NCBI GenBank assembly: GCA_001643675.2
Contig: LSRY02000004.1
Location: forward strand, 372,001 to 436,000
Length of the DNA stretch: 64,000 nucleotides
Reading direction: 5' to 3'
From: Monocercomonoides exilis PA203
Lineage: Eukaryota; Protista; Preaxostyla
In this document: positions 24,301 to 40,075 of the stretch, one piece after another
How positions within the stretch are numbered: the stretch's first letter is position 1
How the letters are laid out: each line of letters opens with the position of its first letter
Made by a program: the position numbers and the translations under genes
The notes under the pieces: model-generated
Told to the model about the DNA's origin: nothing
The model's input: only the letters and a program-made list of their open reading frames with translations
Databases searched by the model: none

Positions 24301-27300
24301 TCTGATTCAGGCTTCTATTCTTTGCTTCTCAAAGTCGTTTTGTCGTTTGGTGCTTTGCCTTTTCCTCTTGCTTCTGTTTCCATACCCCGCTTTATCACCC
24401 AGCCGGCTTTTCTCCAGCGGCTTTTAGCTTCTTTGTTTGCTTTTCTATTGCAATGGAATGAATCACGTTGTGAAAGCAATCAAAGAGAAGCAGCATCGCC
24501 TCAGCAATCATTTGATAAAAAGAATAGAATTTTAGAGTCACATCAAATTAATCAGACTTTTACTCTTAAACCAAGAGACTCCTCTTCAAGCGAAAAGACA
24601 AGCAGCATACAAGCAACTGTTCAGTTAGAGCCTGAACGGTTAAATATTCCACAAAAAGATCAAAAAATAGAAGACGATGAAGCGAATTTAATGAAATTGA
24701 GCAAATTCTATCCGACTTTTCTGCTCTTCATGGCATCGTTGCCATACGCAGAGCAGCATTTCGAAGTTATTCAGCAGGAAATTTTGTCAAAAGAAAAAAC
24801 AAGTCATACCAAAAAGACAAGAGGAATCAACAAGCTCAAAGAAAAACATTCAATCTCTGACACTCAGATAGGAGTTGCAGAGAGAGACAAATCTGACAAA
24901 ATTTCCAAGGAAGATGAAACAAGCAGCGAAAGTGAATATGTCAGTGATGCAATACAGCTGCAGGCTGAAAGCGACACTGACTCTTCATTGGGTTGTGAAG
25001 AGCCAGCGTATCTTCTGTCAGATGAAGAAGAGGATGACGAGGATGCTGCTTTCTTTAACATCACTGAAAAGAGAAATCAATATCGTTCAAAATATCCCTC
25101 GTCGGCTTCTGTCAAATCATCAGCTGCTAATTCTGCATTGAGAATTAAGCCTGATTCGTTCTTCGACACATTTGAGAAGGAGTCTCTGGCTGTTTCTACG
25201 TTGATCGAGGCAAAATACGGGAAGGAAAAGACCCACCTTCCAGATAACTTGGAAGAGGAAGAGTCGGACGAAGATGTTGTTCAGCTCGCACCGTTGTCTT
25301 CTTCAGCACCTGTTGTACCTGCAGCTTATACAAATTCTTCATATTCACAAAAATTGCAAGGTGTACAAATGTCTGAGAATATTTCAGTGAATGATGGTAA
25401 CTTCCACATGGTTGACAAGCAGAAAGCCAATTCTATTGCATCAAAGAATCTTTCGCACAAGCGGTTTGCAACGACACATCCGCTTTTCGCTTCCTACGCA
25501 CTTAGCAACAGCCAACTGTCAACATATTCGCACTTTTCTGCTGATTCATTCACAAGCCAGGCACGAAATATCTGTCTAACAACATCTCCGTTGATGCTCA
25601 CTCGTCTACCTCCTCATATTGTGCCGTCTCTTCTTGTGGCATATGTCGAATTCTCCCGTCGCTGTGTGCTGCATCGCCTGTATTCGCAGCAGTATGTTCC
25701 TTATGCACTCCGCTCCTTCAGTCAGTTGCGTCTTCCTGATGAGCGTTGCAGTTCATATGAATTTTACACTGCCAATCCATTTTTTGCTTCGACGTGGCTG
25801 ATTATGAAGCAGAAGAGAGAATTACTCTCAGATGAGATGGAAGCAGAGACAAACAGGACGAGGGCCAGAGCATATCTGAAAGAGAGAAGGCAAATGAAAA
25901 AAATGCAGGATATCATCGAAAAGACAGAACAAGCAAATAATTCAGAGGAAGTGAAAGACAATGAGAAGAAAAAGAAGAAGAAGAAGAAGAGAAGGTTGGA
26001 TCTTTTGGCAGCAGCTTCAGAAAATATTGACGACAGCCAGCTGGAAGAAGAAAAGCAGAGGAGTTTGTTCGAGGAGCAGCAGAAGAAGCTGGCTGTTGAT
26101 GAAACAGAGCAGCTGAAATCAAATGAAATTCGTATTCAATATCAATGGAGAAATCACACAGCTTCGTTTAACAGCCAGAAATGGAAAAGTGTTCTGGGAA
26201 TTGACAAAGGTGATGACAACGACATCAACATGTGGAATACTGAAAGAGATGAGGCAGAGCAATATGGGGATGCATTGCTCCACAGCTTTATTAATAGCCA
26301 AGACGTTGGTGATGTTGAATTAAGCAAGCTTCAGATAGATGAACTCAATGCAGAAAAATGCAGAAAAAGTGTGGAAAATGAGCAAAAGATTCGCAATTTC
26401 TTTGTGAAAGAAGAGGACAAATTCCATTATGATCAAATGTTTTATGCATCTCAAGCTAAACAAAATAACTCTTCATCAAGTGAAGCACTTGCAGCCAAGC
26501 CTTCATCATCAAATTCTTCTGACTCTGCCTCAGTTGATACTTTGCACCCACAAACATCTGGTGTTTCTTCTTCTCTGACGAATCATTCATCGGCTGATTT
26601 GTTGTCCACATCAAATGAATGTTCTGAAAGCTCCAATGGAACAGCTGCTATAAATAATTCTCTCATACCTTCAAGCGCAGTCTCCCCTGGCCAAACTTCT
26701 TTGAAAGGAGATGATTCTTCTTCAGCACTTCCAGAAGTCAGTGTCCTTGTCCATTCTCCATATTCCTCTCAATCGCTATACAGAACTCCTTCACCTGTGA
26801 CAACAGAAGAAAAAGCCCAGTGGGACGCGTATTTCACAAAGCCTCCGTCTGAGCTTGCGACTCCTCCAAAGCTCATCACTCAAAACACAGAGCCTCCGAC
26901 AAAGCAGGAACAAGACGAATGGGACAGGTATTTCAGATATCCACCACACAGCGGATTCGATTCAGGTAAAACTCAGCAGTCTCCTTTTGTTCATCGCCCG
27001 CTGCCTCGCCAAATGCAGCCGAAAGAGTCTTTGTCTTCTGCTGTGCCTGAGAGCCTGTCCCATCCCTCGCCTCCATTCTCGACTGTCTCTTCAGACGATC
27101 AGTCTTCACCGCTCAGTGCTGCTGCCACAGTCTCGCCAGACTCGCAGATTTTGGACACAGAAACATCATTTACGCTTTCTCCATCACCTTTCCCCGTTCA
27201 GCAAGTTCCGTTCAGCAAAGATGGTATCTCTTTCCAGTCAGATCAGATGCTTCCAACACAAGTTAGTCAACTATCTTCTTCCTTGGGCATTCCTGGCATG

Positions 27301-30300
27301 TGTGATTATTCTCCTCTTCAAAACAATTCATCTTCTTCTTCTTCTGTTTCCGCTTCTGCTTCTGCCTCTGCCTCTGCCTCTGCCTCTGCCTCAGCATCTG
27401 CTCCTGCATCTTCTTCGAATTCTTTATCTAACAATCTCAAAAGCTTCCTTATCATGCCCCAGCAGGAGATGCATCCATTGGAGCAGACTGCAGACTTCTC
27501 TGGATACGGCGATGACAAACAACTGAGTTTTTATTCTCCAATGCCTTCTCCCCAGTTGTCTCCGTCTCCAGTTCCAGCAACTCCTGTTTCAGCATCTCCT
27601 GTTTGCGGGATAAGCCCTTCTGAGCAAAAAAATGTGAATCAAGCTGAAATAATCTATAGCAATGATTTGAAGCAGTTAATTAAAGAGGAAAGAGAAAGGA
27701 ACCAAGGTGCAACTATACAGTGGGGCTTAACATATGCAACTTCCCAAAAGATTGAGAATTCTGCTTCGCAATCAGCAAAACAGCAAAGTGAGGCAGAAGA
27801 CAAAGTTTTGGATCCAAAACAGCAGAAGAAAGCGGAGAAGCTGAGAAAGAAAGAGCAGAAGGCTTGGAAGAAGATGAAGCAAAGGGAAATGAAGAATTTG
27901 AGCGATCTGATGGATGGCAAAACGAAGAAGAAAGCAGCACTTAATATTGACACCTTTGGTATTAATTCGAGATTAAAAGACGGAGACACTGAATATACTC
28001 CTATTTGTATGATTACGTTTATTTCTTTGATTTTCTTTTCATATTTTATATTGTTTTTATATAATTCATTACATAATTGTTTATGACATTCTTTTTATTT
28101 ATCTTTTTCTCTCTCTATTTATCACTCATTTAGATGATATTCTGCGTCTAAGCTTGAAGATTTTCTGCCTTTTGTGCTCAACTTTGGACGAAGTATCAGA
28201 ATCTTCCGTATTTTCTCTGAATTCTACTCAGAGCATGTCTTCGTTTCATCAAGATAAGCCATCTTCAAGCTTCAATCCTAATGCATCCTTCTATGTTCAA
28301 TCAACATCCACTCAAAATTCTTCACCTTCTGCGTCTTCTTCACAACAGAATAAAATGTTGATGTCTCAGAATTTCTCCCTAACAAATTCTTTTTATTCTT
28401 CATCATCATCATCTTTTTCATCTTTTTCTGCATCTGCTTCAGAACTTCCTCAATGTTCCGTTCTTTCTCTGTTTCCATCCCTTCTGCAAGTTTTTATCCT
28501 CTTTAATCATCTGTTTACGGAGAAAGAAGACAGAATTAATGCGCAATTTGGCTCAACAAAGAAGCAACTGATTTTAAACAACCGTTTTGCTCAGGATGGA
28601 AAGGGAAGTGCAATTCATATGCATTCTTCTGATTGCATTTCTGCAAAGTCATTGTCAACTTTACAAACAATGCATGACTCAGTTGTTTGCAACGAACAGC
28701 ATTGCACTTTATCCGTTCCTCCTCCCCCAAATTCTCACTTCTCTGCATCGCTTATTCAGATGGAGCAGAAAAGGAAAGAGTTGGTTCAGGTCGAACTTGT
28801 CGCAACTTTGAGAGAGCGTATGAAAATACAATCAGAAAAAACTGGGCAGAGCGATTTAGGCAATGAAGAGGACGGAGCATCCACTGAAGATGGGCAGTTT
28901 GAGCAATCAATTGTCGATTTGTATGTCGATCGGGGTGACGGGGTGGATGAGTGTGGCAATGTGTCATTTGACGAAGAAACAACTTTTGTAGTTGCTGATG
29001 ACAACAAACCATCACCTCCAAAGCTGAGCTTCTATCAATATCTATCTCCTTTTTCTCGTGCAAAGCAAGCGATATCACAGAAAGCTAACAAAAATGATAA
29101 AATGGAGCCTTTTACAGGGAAAATAACATGCCCTCCATTGTTTGTTCTTCCTTCGGACGAGTTCTCAAATGCACTTTATCAGCGTTCTTTGCTGTATCGT
29201 CAACTGCTCTACATCTCTTTCCTTAATCATCGCCAGCTCAGTTTAGATGATCGAGTGCTTATGGTTGGATTTATTTGCCTGCTGTGCTCGTCTTTGTTGA
29301 GAAAGATTGAAGAAACGGGAGCGCCTTTGACTCATCTCCTGATCTTCAATTGTTCTTCATCGCCTTCTCCTTTTGCCCATTTGTTCTGTTCGTCTCTCAC
29401 TGAAATGCTGAAGCTTCTTATCCATTCAATCTCAGTTCTTCACACTCATCTTCTTTACATTATTCATCACGACTTGTCTCTTTATCTGTCTGTGTCCTCT
29501 GACTTCTGCCAGCCTGGCTCTGCTTATGCCAGCGATGCAGACAATCTCCAGCCTTTTGGCTGCACGCTGCATCCAGAAGGGGTAAATTTGTTTTCTTCAA
29601 ATGATTTCATCAGCAACATATCTTTTATTGTCAGGTCTCTTGAAGTGAGACTAAAGACTTTCATTCCCAACATGGATAAATGTCTACCACGCAAATCTTT
29701 TCCTAATTTATCGAACTCGCCAACTTATCCTGCTGCTTCTTTTGGGGCAATGTCTTCTTCTGCCAAATCAGGTCTTAACCAGCTGTTCGCCAAATTCGAA
29801 TCTTCTAAAGCATTCGGGTCATCGCCTTCAAGTCCAGGCAAGACTGATTGCTCTACCAAGTCTTCGTATTCGGCTGTTTTCTCGTTTCTTACAGCGCCAA
29901 TTTCTTTGCTTTCCCGATTTCTGTTGGCTGAAATAGACACTCGCGAACAGCTGAAAGAGAATCTATCAAATGTTGTTCTGCAGTCATTCGATGTTTTGAA
30001 GGAAATTGCCATTTCTCCAATAATTCCATTGCAAAAAGCAGTTTTGAACAATGTTGTTGGGTTAGTTATAAGCAAGCTGCGTCATGATGATAACGAAAAG
30101 CGGGACAGATTTGCTGACAGCATCTGGCACGTTCTGTTTAATGCATCTTACATATGCGAAGTTGGAATAAACGAAAGCACAGGCGAAGTGTCCAGTTGGT
30201 GGGTGAATAGCGCATGTGAATCATCCATGTGCAAGGAAAGCAATTACAATTTGCATGAGCCAAATGGCTTTGTTAAGCAAAAGCCAATTGAATTCGGGTC

Positions 30301-31543
30301 TTTTGTCATCCCTCAAACTCTTCGCCCGTATCCGCTCATTTTCCACTGGCCACACTCCGTTTTTGCGAAATACAAAGCTTCGATGCCAACAAGTGATCTC
30401 TCAGAAAAATGTGAAATTGCAAGTGGGCAAAGTGAAATTGTGACGAGTCCTGAAATTTTGGAATTTCCTGACACATCGGAGAAACTATCAGAACAGGACA
30501 TTACCCAGTCTGAATCAACATTTGAGAGCAATTGTTTACAGACTGAGCAGTCGCCTCATCTGTCAACATCTGATCCGTCGTCGATGCTTCCTGAAAGCGA
30601 AACAATCTCTCCTTTTGATGAGAGCATTCCGCTTGAGATATCAGCACCATCTGCTTTTGAAAATGATAAGGTGGAAGATGATGCGTGTATAATAGATGCA
30701 AACAGTGTGTTGATATCAAATGATCTGCATTCTCTGGAGATAACATACTTGTCAATTTTGCTCGTGCTCACTAATTTTGAACTGGAGAATAAGCTTGCTG
30801 ATGCTCTAATATCACAAAGTGTAAATTGTCAAACAGAAAGAATAAAATTCTTGTTTAAATCACATCTCTACAACTTTTTGAATTCTTTGTCTCCTGAAAG
30901 AAAAGATGTCTTGTTTAAGTGTTTGCTTACACATTCCGGAGCGATGATTTGCATAGAGATTCTGACTTCAATGGACAATTCAGATCTTCCATGTATGTTA
31001 TTATTTTCCATTTTTCCTAATTTCTCTTAATATTATTTTTTTTTTCACTTGTTCGATGGAAATTTGTTATTTATTACAGCTATCATGGATTGCATCAGCT
31101 CACTAATTGGTGAACGAATTTCAAGCAGCATTCATCGTGGGTCCGGTTTTTATAAGTTCATTCACGAGCATAGGATGGATTTTGATTCGGAGCAAACTTT
31201 GGCTGATTGTGCAAGATCTGCAATTTATCTTGCATCGACACCAGAAAGCACGACTTCGTTCAATGGATCAACACACACTGAGAATTCGTCATTCGAATGC
31301 CAAGTCTCCAATCATTCGCTTGAAACACTCAACTTCCAGCCATTTCTTTCGTTCTTGAAGCATATTTCAGATAACAAATTATCCTTAATAAATGATATTG
31401 TCCATGGTGTTTGGATGGACTGGGCATATTCTTCATGTAACAGTCATACATCTAATTACGATGCTTCTATTCTCGGATCAAATCTAGATGAATATTTTAT
31501 AACTCCTTTTTCACCATGTGTTGCTCTTCTATGTGCAATTTGA
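18319..31543 (+). CDS. Giant (~4250 aa) protein with N-terminal FYVE-like Zn finger; exons 18319-19378, 19502-~23110, ~23246-28006, 28134-30992, 31080-31543
   Basis: CPICDKSF...RYNCHYCGLPICNKC...SCKCC has FYVE-type Cys spacing. Four phase-1 GT-AG introns link five long ORFs in frame. Intron 2 has alternative donors (23111/23117) and acceptors (23245/23260). Confidence 0.75.
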
Positions 31544-31984
31544 GGTGTTTTTCTTTCTTTTTATGTTTGAGTTATTTTTGTTATAAATTAAATTTTGAAC
31601 TTATATTTGTTTGATTTTTTGATAATGTTTAGGTTTGAATTTTGTGGTTGCAATTTTAAAAAAAATAAAAATTAACATATTTTCTGTTCTATTATCTGAA
31701 TTTGAGCTAAATGCAAATTTTCATAATATCTTAGTAATAATTTTTGCCATGATTGATGTTTTTAAATTGTATGGTTTTTAAAAAAAAAGATTGATAAGGC
31801 CAATGAATTCTGAAATTTTGCAAATTTTAATAAAGACAGTCAAAGATGTGATTTAATGATTCTCAAAAATACACAGTTAATATTATTTTCATACTCATTT
31901 ATTATACTTATATAAATACTATTTTGTCTATTGTCTTTTCAAAAATTAAAACAACAAAAAAAGAAAATAAAAGAAAAGAAAAGA

Positions 31985-33638
<1,654 letters not shown>

Positions 33639-33779
33639 TAATATGTTTATGTATTTTTGATTTTTTGTATCCAAAGAAATCACTTTGATTTTTTCAAATA
33701 AACAATTGTTAAAGAATTCTTAAACCTCTATTTCATCAATTTTTATTCCAATAAAATCTGAATTTCAAAAAATGATACT

Positions 33780-35090
33780 ATTTGTGATGTATTGCGAAGT
33801 GTTTGTGAAAAATAAGGAGTGAACGTTGAAATGGATTATTTCGAAACAAAAGGATCTTCAATTTTTCACTTGAAAAGTATTTGTAAATTGTGTTTCTTTT
33901 TGTTAAATATGGAAACACATCTTCAAAATCTTCACGTTCTTTTTCTTCCTCTAACCAATGAATTTCTTTTGTATTGCCTTTCTTTTCTCTTCTTTTCATT
34001 TCTTTGAAATTTCAGCAAAAAATGCATTGCATTCAAACCTCATTACGTCATTTAATGTTGGCAGATGAATATTCTCCAAAAAAGTATCAATGACTCTGCC
34101 TTTCAATAGCCAATCAATCTTCATAGCTCTGTTTCCCACAACTTTCCTTAAGGAAAAAGAATAGCAAACACTAATAATCCATAGTGCTCCACTGCTGCTC
34201 GAAAAAGCCCAACGATACAATTCACAGACACGACAAACTCCTCATTCACAATTTTCACAACAATAAAAAATTTTCAAGTGTTTAAATTCATCTCGCTAAA
34301 GAAATTCCTTCTTTCGCATCTTTTCTCTTCCAATGCATATACTTTGTAAATTCTTCTATTCCTCTTGCGACATCTTCTCAAAACGCAGCTCATTCACAAC
34401 AACCCCTTCCAGCTCTCTTTTCATATAGAATCCGTCAATCAAAAACTTCAAAACTGATTGTTAAGCAAGTTGCGTTAGATCGTGATGCTCTTGATGATAT
34501 TTGATGATTTCCGAAATCTTATTCAAATACAGCTCTTTTCTGACTTTCTAATTAGAATCATAAAAAAAATAAATATTGTCAAAAATGAAACAGAAACGCT
34601 CATACATTATATCCGAGAATGTTGCTCAAAGCTAGAAAAGTCACTTCTACTTCTTTTTGAATTCCCTCTCTTTCCTCTTTTTTCAAAGCAATTTTCAAAA
34701 GACAATGAACACAAATTGATAGTAATTCAGGTAGAAAATTGTAGCTTAGAGAAATATAGCATTCACAAAGATCAACAAGAAGCTTTTCCTTCCTTCCTTT
34801 CTTTTTGTTATTTTCTTCATCAATTATCATCTTCTCAAATCTTTTGTTCAATTAAAAAAATTCAACTTCATCAATTCATGCAAAATTCGACGCTCCGAAA
34901 TATCTGATGGATCTCAACAAAAAAAGCATTCTTTTTATCGACATTTATCTATCTTTAATCATTTTGTCCATTCTGTGGAAAAGTTCTTTTGTGTTGCAAA
35001 GGATTATTCTTTTTCATTAAAAATGCAAATCGGATCATCCATTTTTCGATTATATATTACTGCTCTTCCTTAACAGTGTTAAAGCTCATT
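33780..35090 (-). pseudogene. Decayed member of a multicopy hypothetical protein family (KLLxDLCECY...ICVxCLLKxALKKEE...QKEVE..LALSNI)
   Basis: Fragments in several frames with stops, best preserved at 34600-34851. Motif recognised from memory as an expanded Monocercomonoides family; boundaries approximate. Confidence 0.6.
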
Positions 35091-35707
35091 AAAAATTATT
35101 CTTAAAAAATACTGCTTTCAAAAAATCAATGGAAAATAATTACAAACAAGTGAGTTTTTCACTCTAAAGCAAAGACGTGTTCGGTTAAAATTACTTTAAG
35201 TGGACGGTTTGTGGAATTTATGTTATTTTTAAGATGAAGCATTTTGATAAATTGAAAAATTGAAATCAAAGATACAAATTCAGAAAATGATAAAAAAATT
35301 ATGCTTTTTGGTTTTTAACCAGCATATTTCATGATGTTGAATTTTATGAAGTTCATCTGCATTACAAAGTTTTAATCAATTACGAAACTGACGACGAATA
35401 AATTGAAAGAATATTTAAAGATAATGAGTTTTTTGAAAGAAGATAAAGAATAATTTTCAACTTTATTTTGATTCAGATTCACCCCAATTTTATAAATTCC
35501 TATATAATGAATTTCAATAGAAATATTTTTTCACTCAGCAATCGATGGATGTCGTTATTCACTGTCCTTTTTTATTCAAACAAAGAAACACAATGTTTTT
35601 CTGATAATTCTTTTTTCATTCCAAAAAAAGAATAAAAATGAGTTAATAATTCTTTTTCTAATTTGAAAAATCAAATATTTATATATGTATGTATGTATAA
35701 GTATATT

Positions 35708-37405
<1,698 letters not shown>

Positions 37406-38599
37406 ATAATAATTTTTGAGTATTTATGATAAACCTTTGCGACATACCGACAAAATCCATTATCTTCGACATCTCGACAGACATTAGAATTAAAAAAATC
37501 CAGTTAAAATTTCAAATTTGTTATTAACCATTGAAAAATGAAATAACGATTATTTTGAAAAATTTTGCAAATCAAAAGTTAATATCCAAATTGATTTAGC
37601 AATCAAAAGACTTTTGATTGGGATAATTTTTTAAAAAAATATTAAACTGTAATGGTTTTCGACAGATCGGGTTCATGGGGAGTATTTTGTGTCGAAGATC
37701 ATCATGTCGTTTGAAGCAAATAAGTTTATTATGGATGAAAAATACGATGCGGTATATAGGCAGTTACCAGCTGAACTGAAAAACAGTTTATCTTCTCCTT
37801 CAATTGTTTGCTTCCTTTTCTTCACTTAATAAATATCATTATTTCAAAATCTTATATGCAACTTAAAGATGGATGCATTCAAAGCGAAAATCGATGAGTT
37901 GAATAAAAATGGATGTACTCTTGTATCGTTGGTTCCAGGGAGAACAACAATTTTTTGCCAGTGTTTGTTTTCACTGCAAGATTTTTCTCATCATGATTTT
38001 GATAATATTTTTTATTTGCTTTCAGATTTTAAGCACCCAAACAATTCTGGACAAGAGATTGGAAAAGTTCATTTTGAAGAAGCCAAAGGAAAACTGTGGA
38101 TAGCATACGTACCTGTTCTTGCGGATGGTTCTTTGAAAAAAGACGGTCATTATTACTATTTATGTCCAAATTGCAAATGTGGAATTAACTGTACGTTTTC
38201 TGCAAGGAAAGGAACAAACCGAATTGATGATCATTATTGTTCACTTGTGCATTCAACAACAATTATCCCATATTTAGAAAAACAAGCCTTGCCAAAAGAA
38301 TGCAATTCACGATATATGCAATCTTCATCTCATTTTCAGTTCAACAAATTAATTGAGATGTTTTTGCGTCTTGTTAGTCATTGCAACATTGCATTTTTAT
38401 CGGCATATTCAAATGAGTTCAATGCGTTTATAACTGAAGTTATAAAAACATCTCAGTCTAATCCAACTCTCCATCACACATCAATATTTCCCATTCTTTC
38501 TGCAAGAAAACTTACGTCTTTGATCGAAAAAGAAACAAGGAAAAAGATTGAAGAAAGAAATGAAATTCTATCAAATTCTTCTGTTTCTGTGATGTTTGA

Positions 38600-40075
38600 G
38601 GTAAGAGGGAACATAACGTACTTTTAAAAAAGGATTTCATTTTGAAATCTTCTAAAAGAAATATCAATAATACGTTATTATAAAACTATTTATGTGGTGA
38701 ATGAAGAGATTTAAAAATGCCGAAATTTAAATAAAAATTGATCACACCCACAATTTAATTTATTTTTTGTGCACAAAAATTTTCATTTTAGATGTATTTG
38801 TTATATACATAAATCATGAATTTTTTATTTTTTGAATATTTCCATCATTATGACATCCTGTTTGAATGATTCAAGCGTAGAAATAAGCAAAATGAATGAA
38901 GCTTTCTCTTGTCTTTCTTGTTCTTTCGATTGGCTTATTGAAAACATTCTTCAAAATAAGTTCAAAAGATGTCCAAAATGCAAAAATAAAATGCGTATAT
39001 ATTCAAGATCGGAGACAATGAGGCAATTTAGATGTTATAAATGTGGAAAGGCAACAAGCATTTTTGATGGAACTTCGTTCCGATATTCAAAGATTCCAGT
39101 TAACAAACTTCTTCATATCTTTCTGTATTTTTCTCTAAAATTGAGCATCACTCAATCAAGCATTTTACTTAATGTTAACAGAAAGACATTTGGATTCTGG
39201 TATTCACATTGCAGATCTATTTCTTCAAAAATTATAATGGAAAATTTCGAACCTATTGGGGGAGAGGGTCATATCGTGGAAGTCGACGAAGCAATGTTGA
39301 GAAAAAGAAAACTTCAAAAATGATGGAAAAAGACACAAGTTTGGCTTTTTTGAGGAATAGAAAGAAAGCGCGAAGATGGTGGAGGAAGATTTTTTATTAT
39401 TCGCGTGAAGAACAGAAGCAGAAAAACCTTATTGCCTGTCATTGAAGCTAACATCAAACCAAAGACAACAATTTATAGTGATGAATGGCGTGCTTACAAC
39501 TGTCTAAATGATTTCAACTTCACTCATATGACTGTGTGTCACAAATATCATTTTGTTGACCCAATTACAGGTGTTTGTACAAATGGAATAGAGGGTTTGT
39601 GGTCAAGGTTTCGTGCGTTTTTGCCTAGAACTGGTGCAAAAGACAAATACATTGATGATTTCATTGCTAATTTCATGTTTCATTCATCAAAGAATTATAC
39701 TTTTAAAAAATTTGTCAAAGAAATAATGAACACACTTCCCACAGTTGATAAAGGAGACGATGATGAATCAAGTGATGCTGATGAAGATGATGATTCAATG
39801 ACCCCACTAGTGGATGACACTGATTCTGACAGCAGCAGCAGCAGTTTTGGAGCAGGAGATGGCTTATCTGCATCTGAGTATGAGGATTCATAGAAATTTT
39901 TGTCCCACAATTGTCTTTTTAAAATAATTTTTTTGTGAATTTTTATTTTCTCAAACACTTTTAAATCTCTTCATTCACCACATAAATAGTTTTATAATAA
40001 CGTATTATTGATATTTCTTTTAGAAGATTTCAAAATGAAAGCCTTTTTTAAAAGTACGTTATGTTCCCATTCACC
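38600..40075 (+). mobile_element. Merlin (IS1595/IS1016-related) transposon, 1476 bp
   Basis: 117-bp TIRs (38600-38716 and 39959-40075, 4 mismatches) starting GGT; perfect 8-bp TSD ATGTTTGA (38592-38599 and 40076-40083). Confidence 0.95.
38850..39893 (+). pseudogene. Merlin/ISXO2-like DDE transposase with two in-frame TGA codons
   Basis: CPKC...CYKC Zn ribbon, IGGEGHIVEVDE, IYSDEWRAY, TVCH...FVDP.TGVCTNGIEGLWS. One frame throughout, with TGA at 39321 and 39351. Confidence 0.9.

Noticed and set aside
31520-31543. C-terminal LCAI of the FYVE-like protein as a CaaX box
   Set aside because: Cys is third from the end, not fourth.
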